From: a virus | Length of the DNA stretch: 64,000 bases | Virus record (IMG/VR): IMGVR_UViG_3300042882_000881 | Coordinates: 49,951 to 113,950 of that record | Strand: one strand, 5' to 3' | Part shown: positions 18,867 to 29,327 of the stretch, in pieces | Position numbering within the stretch: position 1 is the stretch's first letter | How the letters are laid out: each line of letters opens with the position of its first letter | Program-made: the position numbers and the translations under genes | The notes under the pieces: model-generated | Told to the model about the DNA's origin: nothing | What the model saw: only the letters and a program-made list of their open reading frames with translations | The model's database searches: none

Positions 18867-20044
18867 AAAATTTTCCCTAAATAATTTTTAATTTCAGAAT
18901 CAATTTCTTCTTTTGTCATATCTCCAACATCATTTTTTGAAATTTTTGGAGAGAATATCCTATATGTTTTTGAACACTTACTAATGATTTGTTTTTTTGC
19001 TGTTTCACCAGCACTATCATTATCTGTTAATATAACCAGTGTCATAGCGCCTGCAAGATCAAGCAATATTTTCTGCTTATCGCTTAATGTGGACCCAAAC
19101 ATTGCTACGCTATTATGTATTCCACTTTCTTCTAATCTCCAAACATTGCCCGGACCTTCTACTAGAATAGCAACTCCTGATGATTTAATATGGTCTTTAG
19201 CAAACCAGTAATTATAAAGATTCTCTTGACTTTTAAAATCAAAATTGTGTTTCCATTTTGAGTATTTATATCTGTCCTTAACGTCTGGACAAGGATTGCC
19301 CGAATTATGATGAGACTTACAGTTTTCACACTTTTCAAATATGCTACGACCAGTGCATCCTATCATAAACTTATAATCATTATCATAAATAGGAGCAACA
19401 ATTCTATTGTACATCTCCTTACCTTTTGATAAACATACTCCAATATCATATTTATCTAATATTTCTGATGAATATCCTCTATCAAGATAATATTGACAAG
19501 GAAAACTTAATAGTTTCCTAACCTTATCTCTTGGCACACCCATGATTTTTTTATTAGCATTGGGTCTTAAATTAGTAACTATTTGATTAAACTTATTCTT
19601 TTCTGTATTTTTAGGTTTTGATATTTGAGGACTATCATTAGATAAAAACTTTTGTATAAAGACTAATGTGTCAGCAAAAGAAACTACTTGGTCGCCCTTT
19701 TGTTTCCAATTCTTACTCCTATTAGATAGTACTCCTCTTATAAAGCCTATTATTGAACCCATAAAAACTTGTTCGCATTTATGAGTTCTACATTTCCAGT
19801 TTCCTCTATATGAGTCCCCATACGGATATATATTAAATGCTGAAGGATTATCTCCACCATGTATTGGACAATTACAGATGAACATCTTGGATGTTTTTCT
19901 GGCATCTATCTCAAAGTATTCAAATAGATCATCTATCTTATCACACAAAGAATCTGAGATATTTTTCAGATCTTCTGTATTATATGAAGGAGATGTTGTC
20001 GTTGTCATCTTGTGCTTCTTCTTTGTCTTCAATAACAAATCCAT
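18863..20044 (-). CDS. DnaG-like primase (CHC2-like Zn finger plus TOPRIM)
   Basis: CPIHGGDNP...C..H, YYLDRG, LVEGPG, DNDSAG, KNDVG. Start is probably 20008. Confidence 0.85.
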   Translation of the reverse strand: MDLLLKTKKKHKMTTTTSPSYNTEDLKNISDSLCDKIDDLFEYFEIDARKTSKMFICNCPIHGGDNPSAFNIYPYGDSYRGNWKCRTHKCEQVFMGSIIGFIRGVLSNRSKNWKQKGDQVVSFADTLVFIQKFLSNDSPQISKPKNTEKNKFNQIVTNLRPNANKKIMGVPRDKVRKLLSFPCQYYLDRGYSSEILDKYDIGVCLSKGKEMYNRIVAPIYDNDYKFMIGCTGRSIFEKCENCKSHHNSGNPCPDVKDRYKYSKWKHNFDFKSQENLYNYWFAKDHIKSSGVAILVEGPGNVWRLEESGIHNSVAMFGSTLSDKQKILLDLAGAMTLVILTDNDSAGETAKKQIISKCSKTYRIFSPKISKNDVGDMTKEEIDSEIKNYLGKIL

Positions 20045-21449
20045 CAGATTTACTTCCCTTATTTTTCATCAACTCTATCCTAGTTTTACCTTCAGTTATC
20101 TTAGCACACCAACCCTTCATATGACAGTTGATGTAATCATTCTCATCAAGTCCTCCGCCGTGCCTACTAATTAATGGTACTAATTTACGATTACCATTTT
20201 GAGGACCGTCTTCCGCCATCTCTTCGTCAGTTTTTCTTTTAAAGATCGTAAAGTTACTACACAACCAAACTATTCTATCAGATCCGCTTGCAGTATCTGT
20301 ACTTTCTTTATTGATTCCATCCCTATTTAATTGTATAAATGCTACAACTGGTATTTTGTATTTAACAGCGAAGTTGTGAAGTGATGTCATCATGAATCCC
20401 AATAGTTGATACTCTTTAAGATCCTGGCTCATTCCTTGGGTATCCATAAGCTTTAAATAGTCATAAAATATAACACAGTCTTTTGCAGACCCATCATTAT
20501 TCAATCCTACAACTTTTGTTACCCATCTTCGCATAATGCCTAATTGTTCATCAAATGCTTTTCCTGCAATTGACTTATAATATATGGGAGCATTTTCTAA
20601 TTGCTTTGTGGCATTATATATCTTTTCTTTTTTCGCTGGTGATTGTGCGAATTTGCCAGTTTCTATATCTCTTAAATCATTTTCAGAGATCATACCCAAT
20701 AAGCGATTAATATGATCTTCTCTGGTCATTTCTGTATCTAGATTAAGAACAGGAATATTTTTATTAGCAATATTCCAACCCATATTATCTACAAGCAATG
20801 TTTTACCAGTTTTTGGTCTTGCTGCGATAACATTAATAGTTCCTCTTCTAAGGCCGCCACCTATTGCTTCATCATAAACAGGAAATCCTGTTGCTATACC
20901 AATTTGATCTACAGGATTATTTTCTAAATCTTCTATATATGATGTTGCATTTTCTCCCACAAGACACGGATTGTGTTCGCCATCATTTAATAAACTTGTA
21001 AAATCAAATACAGTATCTTCTGCTAATGATAGAATTTGATTAATAGATTCGCTTCCGCTAACATCTAAAAGCTTATCTTGAGCTAACTCAAGTTGCTTAT
21101 GTAATAGTCTAGCTATTTCTAGCTTTCTTATTTTAGCCGCAAATTTTCTAACGTTATCTTTATTAACAGGAAAATCTATAATAGATTTTAAGTGTATTGT
21201 TTCGTCATTTTTAGATAAGATATGATAAAGATTTAATTCTTGAGCAACTGAATATATAGATGCTATATCTACAGTCTTAATTTCTTGTATTTCAAATAAT
21301 CTTTTTAAACACTTATATATGATAGTATTACTATCAACACTAAATGTCGCCTCTTGTATTATATCAACAACATCCAGATATGACTCATTTCCATATTGGA
21401 TAATTCCCGAAAGAACAGCTCTTTCTGCTGCTGGATCACTAAGTATCAT
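19980..21449 (-). CDS. dnaB: Replicative helicase
   Basis: AERAVL, AARPKTGKT, DTEM, DYLKL, QLNRDG. Confidence 0.9.
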   Translation of the reverse strand: MILSDPAAERAVLSGIIQYGNESYLDVVDIIQEATFSVDSNTIIYKCLKRLFEIQEIKTVDIASIYSVAQELNLYHILSKNDETIHLKSIIDFPVNKDNVRKFAAKIRKLEIARLLHKQLELAQDKLLDVSGSESINQILSLAEDTVFDFTSLLNDGEHNPCLVGENATSYIEDLENNPVDQIGIATGFPVYDEAIGGGLRRGTINVIAARPKTGKTLLVDNMGWNIANKNIPVLNLDTEMTREDHINRLLGMISENDLRDIETGKFAQSPAKKEKIYNATKQLENAPIYYKSIAGKAFDEQLGIMRRWVTKVVGLNNDGSAKDCVIFYDYLKLMDTQGMSQDLKEYQLLGFMMTSLHNFAVKYKIPVVAFIQLNRDGINKESTDTASGSDRIVWLCSNFTIFKRKTDEEMAEDGPQNGNRKLVPLISRHGGGLDENDYINCHMKGWCAKITEGKTRIELMKNKGSKSDGFVIEDKEEAQDDNDNISFI

Positions 21450-21450
21450 T

Positions 21451-21846
21451 TTAGCCTTGTGTTGAAGAACAGTTGTTGCACTTATATCTATCGGCGGATT
21501 CTGGTAATAACTTTGGACTTACTTCATCAGTTTTGCCACAGATTCTGCATGTTACATTGATAAGAGAAAATTCTCTTGATCGTGGAGTTGGTGGGAATTT
21601 TTGTAACTGTTTGTCAATACTAGTATCAGACTTATGCATATTCATTTCTGGCATAGATAAGAATTTGTTTTGTCTTTCCTGATCAACTATCCTTTTTGAC
21701 TTTGTTACACTTTGAAGTTTTTGTTCTTTTGCTTTGGATTTAGTCTTAGACTTTTTTGGAGTAGCTTCTTCCTTGGGAAGCATTTGTTGTAAAAGCCCAA
21801 TTAATTGGTTTATTTGAGTAGGATCAAGATCGCCTAAATTAGCCAT
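21451..21846 (-). CDS. Zn-ribbon hypothetical protein
   Basis: CRICG...CNNC at the C-terminus. Confidence 0.6.
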   Translation of the reverse strand: MANLGDLDPTQINQLIGLLQQMLPKEEATPKKSKTKSKAKEQKLQSVTKSKRIVDQERQNKFLSMPEMNMHKSDTSIDKQLQKFPPTPRSREFSLINVTCRICGKTDEVSPKLLPESADRYKCNNCSSTQG

Positions 21847-22342
21847 TCTTCACCTTCATTTTTTGAATATTTAGTAGGATATTTGACATATTATTGATTG
21901 ACGTTGCTAAGTATGATAGTCGATTTAGCCTCTGCTTCGCATACTTTCTTATTTTCTCAAGGGAACTAGCTTTTTCATTATGTTTGATAGCTTGTAATGA
22001 TTTTTCCACATATCCATAACCCTTATATGAATTGATTTCATCTGCTATAATAGACTTAATAGTATCTTCTGACCAATCATATCTTGCTTGTTCTCTATTA
22101 ATTGTTCTTTGTGTATGAAAGCTAAACTGAGACAATCTATATGCGATCTGTCCACAATCTTCTGGAGTAAGCTTTTCTATCTCATCTCTATTCATAGATA
22201 AATATTTACTTAATTCCTCTTCGGACATTAATGCCGCATTATATTTTGGCAGACCAATAGAGTTCTCATATTCATCCAGAATATTATCCCAATACGATAC
22301 TTCGTCTTTTGAATTCATACTTTTATTATTCGCTGTTTCCAT
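21839..22342 (-). CDS. Helical hypothetical protein (possible recombination mediator)
   Basis: Coiled-coil-like sequence in the recA-dnaB operon. Confidence 0.45.
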   Translation of the reverse strand: METANNKSMNSKDEVSYWDNILDEYENSIGLPKYNAALMSEEELSKYLSMNRDEIEKLTPEDCGQIAYRLSQFSFHTQRTINREQARYDWSEDTIKSIIADEINSYKGYGYVEKSLQAIKHNEKASSLEKIRKYAKQRLNRLSYLATSINNMSNILLNIQKMKVKNG

Positions 22343-22719
22343 TCTTCTAAGCTTTCATTAAATGGTAGTTCTATATATTCTATATTATTTATTTCGCACC
22401 ATTCTTTTTTCTCATTATCTCTTTTTTTATGCTTTATAAAACCCATAGCATTATTATGATAATAAGCCACAAATTTATAATGTTGTTCACCATGAACTTC
22501 TATAGCTTTTTTTAAAAGAGGAATATAAAAGTCTAAATATAGGGTCTCATTTCGCCTTAATGGTATGCCAATTTCTTGTAATAATGGAATTGTTGGATAT
22601 ATTTGTATCAATAGTTGATTAGCGGCCTTATGAAGACCAGAGACATTTGACCTTAAATTTTTAATCTTTCCTAATAAAGACCAATTGTGCTCATGACCAT
22701 CAAGATCTTTTATGATCAT
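22315..22719 (-). CDS. Vsr/DUF559-like endonuclease
   Basis: LDFYIP...AIEVHGEQHY...RD..K..WC..NNI. Confidence 0.7.
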   Translation of the reverse strand: MIIKDLDGHEHNWSLLGKIKNLRSNVSGLHKAANQLLIQIYPTIPLLQEIGIPLRRNETLYLDFYIPLLKKAIEVHGEQHYKFVAYYHNNAMGFIKHKKRDNEKKEWCEINNIEYIELPFNESLEEWKQRIIKV

Positions 22720-23735
22720 TTTAATCCCATAACAGACTTAATTTGCTTATACAGTTCATTATATGCTTCTGGATTGTCCACTAAAAATTGACGAACTTTC
22801 TCAACTCCTTGAAACTTCTCTTTTGACCCTGTTAAAAATGACATGGTATACCAAGCACCAGCTTTTGTAATAAGTCCCATATCTGTTCCTAGGGTGGTTA
22901 ATTCCATTGCCTTGTCTATACCTAGACCATATCGAATGAAACTTTTTATGCTGCCGCCAGGAGGTCCAAGAGCAGAACATTGAGCATTCCAATCTATTTC
23001 TTGGCCAATTTGGGTTTCATCATCTTTTGATCCTACCTTCCAAGGCTGATGATATTTGGCTCTTAATTTTATATCTGTTTGATATGCTATTGCTTGTCCG
23101 CTTTTTTCTTTCCATTCGCTATGTCCCATTCCAGGGTTACCCATAAGATGAGTAATTCCAATTACAATGTTTTTGTTAACAGGAATAACGTTAGCAACTT
23201 TTCTACAGAACTTTGCCAATAGTTTGGCTCCGTCTGCTCTTTGCATCTTACTCATATCTGTTGTAATTTCTGCTTCTGTGCATAGTGCTGAGTATGAGTC
23301 TATTATAAGAACACATTCAGGTTCTTCATTAATTATTCTTTCTGCAATTTGAAGGTATTCTTCTGCATGCAGAATCTTCCCTGTTTGAGATCCTATAATA
23401 TGAAACCTATCTAGATCGAGTCCTGGTATTCCTTCTAAGTCCCTTTTCTTTAGTCTACCTTCAATGTTTAGGTAAAACACTTTCCTTGGACCTCTTTCTC
23501 CATTATATTCTGGCTTTTGTGCTGTAGCACAGAAGTCTAAGGAAGTTGTGGTTTTACCACACTTTGGTTGACCTGTCAATATCACGAAACTTCCTTCTGG
23601 AACACCACCGCTCAAGATAATATCAAGAGCAGGGCTGATAGGAATAGTCATAACCTTCTTATCAACCAGAGACTTTCCTGACAAAATAATATTATCACCA
23701 AAATCTTTTTTGACAGCTTCTTTTAAACTACTCAT
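22716..23735 (-). CDS. recA: RecA/UvsX recombinase
   Basis: SPALD..L.GGVP.G, GQPKCGKTT, IIDS. Confidence 0.9.
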   Translation of the reverse strand: MSSLKEAVKKDFGDNIILSGKSLVDKKVMTIPISPALDIILSGGVPEGSFVILTGQPKCGKTTTSLDFCATAQKPEYNGERGPRKVFYLNIEGRLKKRDLEGIPGLDLDRFHIIGSQTGKILHAEEYLQIAERIINEEPECVLIIDSYSALCTEAEITTDMSKMQRADGAKLLAKFCRKVANVIPVNKNIVIGITHLMGNPGMGHSEWKEKSGQAIAYQTDIKLRAKYHQPWKVGSKDDETQIGQEIDWNAQCSALGPPGGSIKSFIRYGLGIDKAMELTTLGTDMGLITKAGAWYTMSFLTGSKEKFQGVEKVRQFLVDNPEAYNELYKQIKSVMGLK

Positions 23736-24144
23736 TATCTAAATCCTCTAATGTTGTAAGAATATTTTTACTAACGCTATGCTTTTTAATATTTGGATTC
23801 TCAATCCTGTTAATATTCAAATTGGCAGAACTAGCCTTGAGATCAGAACTCTTGGATTGTTGTTCAAGTATCATAGGGATAAAATGCTTTGCTCGCAAAG
23901 AATATATTCTTTGACCCTTTGGTGTTTTTAGGGCCTTAATAATATCCAATGGATCGTACTGCTTAAGTAACTTATTTGCTGATGCAATTTGATCTCTATA
24001 AAACTTTGCCCATTCTTTATTATTCCAGAATCTAAAATGAAGATCTTTTTTGTCTACTTTTGCTTTGTTTTCACAAATTAATTCTGTAATAAATTGTGCC
24101 GCTGATACTTCTTTGTTATTAGAATATTTTGAGATAAAACTCAT
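23728..24144 (-). CDS. Hypothetical protein
   Basis: ORF in operon. Confidence 0.55.
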   Translation of the reverse strand: MSFISKYSNNKEVSAAQFITELICENKAKVDKKDLHFRFWNNKEWAKFYRDQIASANKLLKQYDPLDIIKALKTPKGQRIYSLRAKHFIPMILEQQSKSSDLKASSANLNINRIENPNIKKHSVSKNILTTLEDLDNE

Positions 24145-24458
24145 TTGATCCTATAAATATTGGGATTAGACTCAGCACTTTTCCTCTGTATTGTTGCTCT
24201 GTTTGCATCATTTAATTCTGATGCTTCTTTAGTCATTATGGCAACAGAATTGGCTTTCTTTGCAGAAGTTTCAGTAATCATTAGGTCTTTACTCGTTGGC
24301 TTCTTAATCTTAGTATACTGATGATAATCAGTGTCTAAAAATCCTTGAAGTCTTTCTTGAGATATTCCTAGTTCTTGTGCTATATTTTCTATTTGAAGAT
24401 TGTTAACATCTTTTAGATAAAGAATCGCATATATTTGACTTTTGTTTAAAGCTTTCAT
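24141..24458 (-). CDS. HTH-like hypothetical protein
   Basis: IENIAQELGIS motif; AGGAG RBS. Confidence 0.5.
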   Translation of the reverse strand: MKALNKSQIYAILYLKDVNNLQIENIAQELGISQERLQGFLDTDYHQYTKIKKPTSKDLMITETSAKKANSVAIMTKEASELNDANRATIQRKSAESNPNIYRIK

Positions 24459-24468
24459 AATTTTCTCC

Positions 24469-24852
24469 TTAGTTCATTTCTCTTTGTGCGGTATTAAGCC
24501 ATGCTACGTTTTTTGTTTTCAGAAAATTTAAATACATATCAAACACCTTAGGATTAACTTTGGTAAATTTCCACTCTGGTTTACCAAGTTTAGCAAGGAA
24601 CTTGTTGTGATTGCCCTCAGAAAACATTCCTATAGGATTATATATTTTTCCATTTGGCCCTACCTTGATATAATAGGTTAATTGTCCCTTATATACTTTT
24701 TTAGCAAACGCTCTTGATTCTTCCTTTGTTATTGGATATCCGTCTGAATCAAAAGTATTATCTTTGCCTATGGCTGTATAATAGGTTATGGTAGGTTCAC
24801 CGATATCATCTTGTTCTTTAGTTGAATATATACTCATTTGTTTTTTGTCCAT
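24469..24852 (-). CDS. Hypothetical protein
   Basis: ORF in operon; start is probably 24837. Confidence 0.55.
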   Translation of the reverse strand: MDKKQMSIYSTKEQDDIGEPTITYYTAIGKDNTFDSDGYPITKEESRAFAKKVYKGQLTYYIKVGPNGKIYNPIGMFSEGNHNKFLAKLGKPEWKFTKVNPKVFDMYLNFLKTKNVAWLNTAQREMN

Positions 24853-25184
24853 TTAATTTTAGGTGGTTTCTTTATGCGACTCATACCCTTTGGTAATTGC
24901 TTTTCTGAAACATCTTCTTTATATGAATTATGTTTACGATATAATTCATTTCTTTGATCCTCACTCATTCTATCAGTATTACGTTGTGCTAAATGACCAA
25001 TAGTTTTTAATTCATTATCCCCCAGTTTTACAGAAGCGTTTAATGTTGATAAATCTTCTAAATAGTCTCTTTTACAATCTGATCCACATTTATCGCAAAG
25101 ATGATCTTCTCTATATTCTCTCATAGAGCATACTATTGAGAATGTTATATTGCAGGAATCACACCTATATGAGTATTCTGGCAT
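24834..25184 (-). CDS. FmdB-family Zn-ribbon protein
   Basis: MPEYSYRCDSC...CDKCGS. Confidence 0.75.
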   Translation of the reverse strand: MPEYSYRCDSCNITFSIVCSMREYREDHLCDKCGSDCKRDYLEDLSTLNASVKLGDNELKTIGHLAQRNTDRMSEDQRNELYRKHNSYKEDVSEKQLPKGMSRIKKPPKIKWTKNK

Positions 25185-25188
25185 TATA

Positions 25189-25752
25189 TTATTTTGTATT
25201 TAAATACATACTCCACTCGCTTGGTATATCATCCCTTATTCTAGATAAAAAGTGGGTGATTGGCAAGTATTTTGTATGCTTAGTTGGTATATATGGGTGA
25301 TTTAAAAGTTTCATTTTAGCTTGTTCTGGTGTTCTATTTCCTTTTTTATTATTGCACTTTACACAAGCTGTTACTATATTTGTCCATGTTGTGGGTGAAC
25401 CATGTTTTCTATTCCAAACAGACTTTGGAATAATATGATCATATGTTAATGATGCTTCAGATACATCTAGTCCACAATATTGACAAGTAAAATCATCTCG
25501 TATAAATACATTTTTCCTAGAAAAGTTTACTCGTTGACTATTTAATCTATAGTAAGTTTTGCTTTTTATAACTGATGGTATTGGATATTTTTTGCCACAT
25601 GTGCCTTGTATATAATCATCTTTATAGAAGTCTATTATTTCAATATTAGAATTTTCTTTTGTTAACCACGTTATTGCTCTTTTCCAATCAACAATTATTA
25701 ATGGACTATAATCTCCATTTAAAACTAAACACCTAGTATTTTCCTGTTTCAT
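25189..25752 (-). CDS. HNH endonuclease
   Basis: RDDFTCQYCG, TYDHIIP, NIVTACVKCNNKK. Confidence 0.9.
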   Translation of the reverse strand: MKQENTRCLVLNGDYSPLIIVDWKRAITWLTKENSNIEIIDFYKDDYIQGTCGKKYPIPSVIKSKTYYRLNSQRVNFSRKNVFIRDDFTCQYCGLDVSEASLTYDHIIPKSVWNRKHGSPTTWTNIVTACVKCNNKKGNRTPEQAKMKLLNHPYIPTKHTKYLPITHFLSRIRDDIPSEWSMYLNTK

Positions 25753-26470
25753 TTTCGTAAATTTCTAATCTTTCTAATATTTTTATTATTATAGGATTTC
25801 TAACTATATCTGATGATTCTAATTTAATAATACCAACATTATCTATACTGGTAAGAGTATTCATCAGATCATTAAAGCCACCTTGCATATGCCTACTAAG
25901 ATCAGATTGTTTAATATCACCAGTTAATACCATTTTACTATTTTGGCCAACTCTGGTTAGTAACATTTTTAATTGATCATATGATGCATTTTGACATTCA
26001 TCAGCAATAATAAAAGCGTCATGAAAATTTCGACCTCTCATGAGTCCTAATGGAACAACCTCTATTTTATTATTCAACTTTAATGAAGCATATTGAGATA
26101 CTGGTATAAAGTGTAAGATTTCATCAACTATTGGTAATAGATAAGGATGAAGTTTTTCCTCTGCTGTTCCTGGTAGATATCCTATTCTTTCTCCTGCTTC
26201 TATAACTGGTCGTGTTATAATTATCTTTTTAACTTTTTCTTCTAATAAGTATTCAAGTCCAACACCAACTGCAATATGTGTTTTACCACTACCAGCGAGT
26301 CCTTGGCAAAAAGTTATTGTGTTCTTATTGATTTCTTCAATATATTTTTTTTGATTAAGCGTTCTAGGCTTTAATTTATTCCTATAAGCATAACCACTAT
26401 TAGAATTTGGATTTAAAGAATTTGTAGCATCAATAACATTTTTTTTCTTGTTCTTATTATTTTTTCTCAA
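25733..26470 (-). CDS. phoH: PhoH-family ATPase
   Basis: GLAGSGKT, GYLPG, MRGRNF, DECQN, LTRVG, GD..QSDL. Confidence 0.95.
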   Translation of the reverse strand: MRKNNKNKKKNVIDATNSLNPNSNSGYAYRNKLKPRTLNQKKYIEEINKNTITFCQGLAGSGKTHIAVGVGLEYLLEEKVKKIIITRPVIEAGERIGYLPGTAEEKLHPYLLPIVDEILHFIPVSQYASLKLNNKIEVVPLGLMRGRNFHDAFIIADECQNASYDQLKMLLTRVGQNSKMVLTGDIKQSDLSRHMQGGFNDLMNTLTSIDNVGIIKLESSDIVRNPIIIKILERLEIYENETGKY

Positions 26471-26492
26471 TGATATACCCTTTAGTATAGAG

Positions 26493-28688
26493 TTAAATTA
26501 GACAGGCGCCGCCAGCACAACTAATTTCCTCTATCCCGGCAGTATTATCTTCTGTTTCTAATAGTTGTGTATAATCAACTTTTTGAAAACTATTAAATAG
26601 ATCACAATAAAGCTTCCAATTATAAACATCTTTCATACAGTATGTTAATCGTTTAACATCTCCATCAAAATATTTACCAGCAAAATTCTTCATTTTGGTA
26701 ATAAATACTAATTTATCCTCATTATCATTTTCTTTGGCTTGATTTAAACTAACATAATCACATGCTGCCCATAGATTATGATTAAAAGCATTTAAAGCTA
26801 GTTCTATTAATCCTGAACACCATAATGCAGCATCACCATATTCTTTAACAATTTCACGGCTAGTATAAACTGTTGTGAATGGTGCTTGTGGATAATCTTT
26901 ATCTCCACTTTGTGGAATCAAACTTATTCCAGCAAAATATTTACGATTATCATAAATGTATTTTGTAACAGAGTCCCATTCATCTGGCTTTACTGTTACA
27001 GTATTGCTAACATTATGACTAAGATAATCTTGGGTACATAATGATTTATTTTTACCAGAATTTACCCAATATCTTTGAGTATCTTTCACAACACTAAGCA
27101 TTTCCACAGCAGGAAGTTGGTTCTTTAATTTTGCTCCGTCTGGAACTTCTATGGGGAATTTAACCACTTCATCAGTGTCATTAGCAGACCATGAAGATTT
27201 TTCACATGCTTGAGGATTAACTTTCTTAAAGTGTTGATATGGTGCCTCTAATATATTGGCCTGAACATGACGAATATATCTTTTAGCATGATGAGGATGA
27301 ATACCAGAACTTGTACCAAGCATGCTTGAACTTGTTCCTTCTGGTTTTAAACAGGTAACTCTAGCAGCCTGATTTATACCTATCTTTTTTGATATTTCCT
27401 TATTTGTTTCAACAGCTATTTTTGCTCCTGCCCTAAGAACCTTTTCAGATAACACAAGATCGTGTTTTTCCATTGTTCCAGTTAGTGATACTCCTAACAG
27501 AGCTTCTCTTTCAAAGATCTTTTCACTAATTTCACCAAGATAATCTAACTTAGTAAATCCAGCTTGTAGAGTACCTATTATAGCAGCAGCACGGCATCTT
27601 TCATAAAAATCTTCTTCATCTTCAACGCTAGAACAGTTAATTGTTGATAGGTTGCATCCTTGCCAGCCACTCTTGCCACTAGCCTCGTCAACGGGCCACA
27701 TGCCAATTTCTACGCATGGATTAAAAATCATTTCGGTAGACTCACTCCAGATAAAACCGGGCTCTCCAAACTCTTTCACGCTTTCCATGAGAGTTTCAAA
27801 TTGTTCCAATGTTGTTTCATCTTTTAATAGCAAAGCAGAGTTATTACTTCGTGCCCTTTGTGGATTTTCTATATACCAGTTGCCCGTTTTTGCCTTTGCC
27901 ATTTCTTCATCATCAGGACTAAATAGTGCTAAACTGGCTGATCTACGAACTCCACCACTTAATACAGCATCACTGCTATGCATAACTATATCATATGCGT
28001 CTATTGGTCGTAGTTTCTTTTGACCATTCTTGATACATCTGTCAAGTAGTGTTCTGATCTTTTCTAAGCCCTTTTGAAGAGGTTCAAATCCTGGGGCTTT
28101 GCCAATGCCAGAACTTAATTCTGAACCTTTTTCTCGTATGTTAGAATAGTCAAATACAACATAACTATTCTTATACATCTTAAATTCTTCAACAGGCTTG
28201 CTAGAATAACTGCTTAATAAGACCCCAAGAGCATCTGCCCAGCCTTCAATACTATCTTCTATGGTATATTTAATACCTTCATTATTTTCTGGAATATCAT
28301 GTTCTAATGTTGGAAGTTTTGAAACATGATGCTTTTGAACACTAAATCCTGTTCCGCTTCCGCACAATAATAACCAAAAACACTCTTGAAAAAATCGTAA
28401 TCTGTCACAATATGAACTTGTGCAGTTATATATTTTTGCGTGTCTTTTAAGAATAGGATCACCACCAAATTGTAATCCTCTTTGACTACCAAGAACCTTT
28501 TTCTTATACATTATTTCGTATGCCCAATCAATATTTTCAGAAATATTTTTATCAGCATATTTAGTATGCATCATATTCTTAACTCTTTCAACCGCCTCTT
28601 TCCAAGTTTCCCTTCTATTCTTATCTGAGAGCCAGCGAGCATATTTACTAACGAATGTATAGTTCTGTAATTCTTGTAATGATGACAT
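26493..28688 (-). CDS. nrdJ: Class II (B12-dependent) monomeric ribonucleotide reductase
   Basis: YNC, GGVRRSA, NPCVEI, CNL, KPEGT; C-terminal CAGGAC. Confidence 0.9.
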   Translation of the reverse strand: MSSLQELQNYTFVSKYARWLSDKNRRETWKEAVERVKNMMHTKYADKNISENIDWAYEIMYKKKVLGSQRGLQFGGDPILKRHAKIYNCTSSYCDRLRFFQECFWLLLCGSGTGFSVQKHHVSKLPTLEHDIPENNEGIKYTIEDSIEGWADALGVLLSSYSSKPVEEFKMYKNSYVVFDYSNIREKGSELSSGIGKAPGFEPLQKGLEKIRTLLDRCIKNGQKKLRPIDAYDIVMHSSDAVLSGGVRRSASLALFSPDDEEMAKAKTGNWYIENPQRARSNNSALLLKDETTLEQFETLMESVKEFGEPGFIWSESTEMIFNPCVEIGMWPVDEASGKSGWQGCNLSTINCSSVEDEEDFYERCRAAAIIGTLQAGFTKLDYLGEISEKIFEREALLGVSLTGTMEKHDLVLSEKVLRAGAKIAVETNKEISKKIGINQAARVTCLKPEGTSSSMLGTSSGIHPHHAKRYIRHVQANILEAPYQHFKKVNPQACEKSSWSANDTDEVVKFPIEVPDGAKLKNQLPAVEMLSVVKDTQRYWVNSGKNKSLCTQDYLSHNVSNTVTVKPDEWDSVTKYIYDNRKYFAGISLIPQSGDKDYPQAPFTTVYTSREIVKEYGDAALWCSGLIELALNAFNHNLWAACDYVSLNQAKENDNEDKLVFITKMKNFAGKYFDGDVKRLTYCMKDVYNWKLYCDLFNSFQKVDYTQLLETEDNTAGIEEISCAGGACLI

Positions 28689-28690
28689 AT

Positions 28691-28822
28691 TTATTTCTTT
28701 AAAAGAGATATTATTCCTAGTATAATTGTTGAAAAAATTGAGACTTGTACGTTTGAATTATTTTGTATAATATTATATAATGTTATGAATAATGATATAA
28801 TGAATATTGTTTTATATATCAT
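28691..28822 (-). CDS. 43-aa membrane peptide (not in ORF track)
   Basis: MIYKTIFIISLFITLYNIIQNNSNVQVSIFSTIILGIISLLKK fills the gap between the deaminase and nrdJ. Confidence 0.4.
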   Translation of the reverse strand: MIYKTIFIISLFITLYNIIQNNSNVQVSIFSTIILGIISLLKK

Positions 28823-29279
28823 CTATACACCTTCTTAGCCACGACAGATCAGGAGTAACTCTGAATATTTTTATGCCACTCATTGAAACAAATGTGTCAA
28901 AAATCTGTTGTTGTTTTTCATCAAACAATTTTGTACCGTGACTATTAGCCATTACAACAGTTTTTATTCCTTCTTGCCACAATGCCATGATGCAATCATT
29001 ACAGCATTGACCAGTTACATAAGCTATTCCATTCTCTGGACGTATTGTACAATTGGATAACGCATTTCTTTCAGCATGAATCATCCAGTTATATTTTTCT
29101 GGACGATTTGTTGGTAGAGATTCATCATCTAGACCTCTTGGAAATCCATTGTATCCTAATCCCAGAATTCTATTGTGAGAGTCTGTAATGATACAACCAT
29201 GCTGAGTATGAACGTCGTGGCTTTTTTTAGACGCGACCACTGCGAGTCCTAAGAAATAATTTGTCCACGAAAGCTTCAT
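28812..29279 (-). CDS. dCMP deaminase
   Basis: GYNGFPRG, HAERNA, CCNDC. The ATG at 29279 is preferred over the TTG at 29312. Confidence 0.9.
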   Translation of the reverse strand: MKLSWTNYFLGLAVVASKKSHDVHTQHGCIITDSHNRILGLGYNGFPRGLDDESLPTNRPEKYNWMIHAERNALSNCTIRPENGIAYVTGQCCNDCIMALWQEGIKTVVMANSHGTKLFDEKQQQIFDTFVSMSGIKIFRVTPDLSWLRRCIDDI

Positions 29280-29284
29280 GTTGT

Positions 29285-29312
29285 ATGATAACGTGATCAG
29301 GAAAAAAGTCAA
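29285..29312 (-). promoter_or_regulatory. Sigma70-type promoter, probably giving a leaderless mRNA
   Basis: TTGACT-N16-TATCAT ending 5 nt before the ATG. Confidence 0.6.
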
Positions 29313-29327
29313 TTGGCCTTAGTCTTA

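Noticed and set aside
25189-25752. HNH gene as a mobile intron-encoded endonuclease
   Set aside because: The flanking genes are intact and there is no intron structure; it looks like a free-standing McrA-type HNH.
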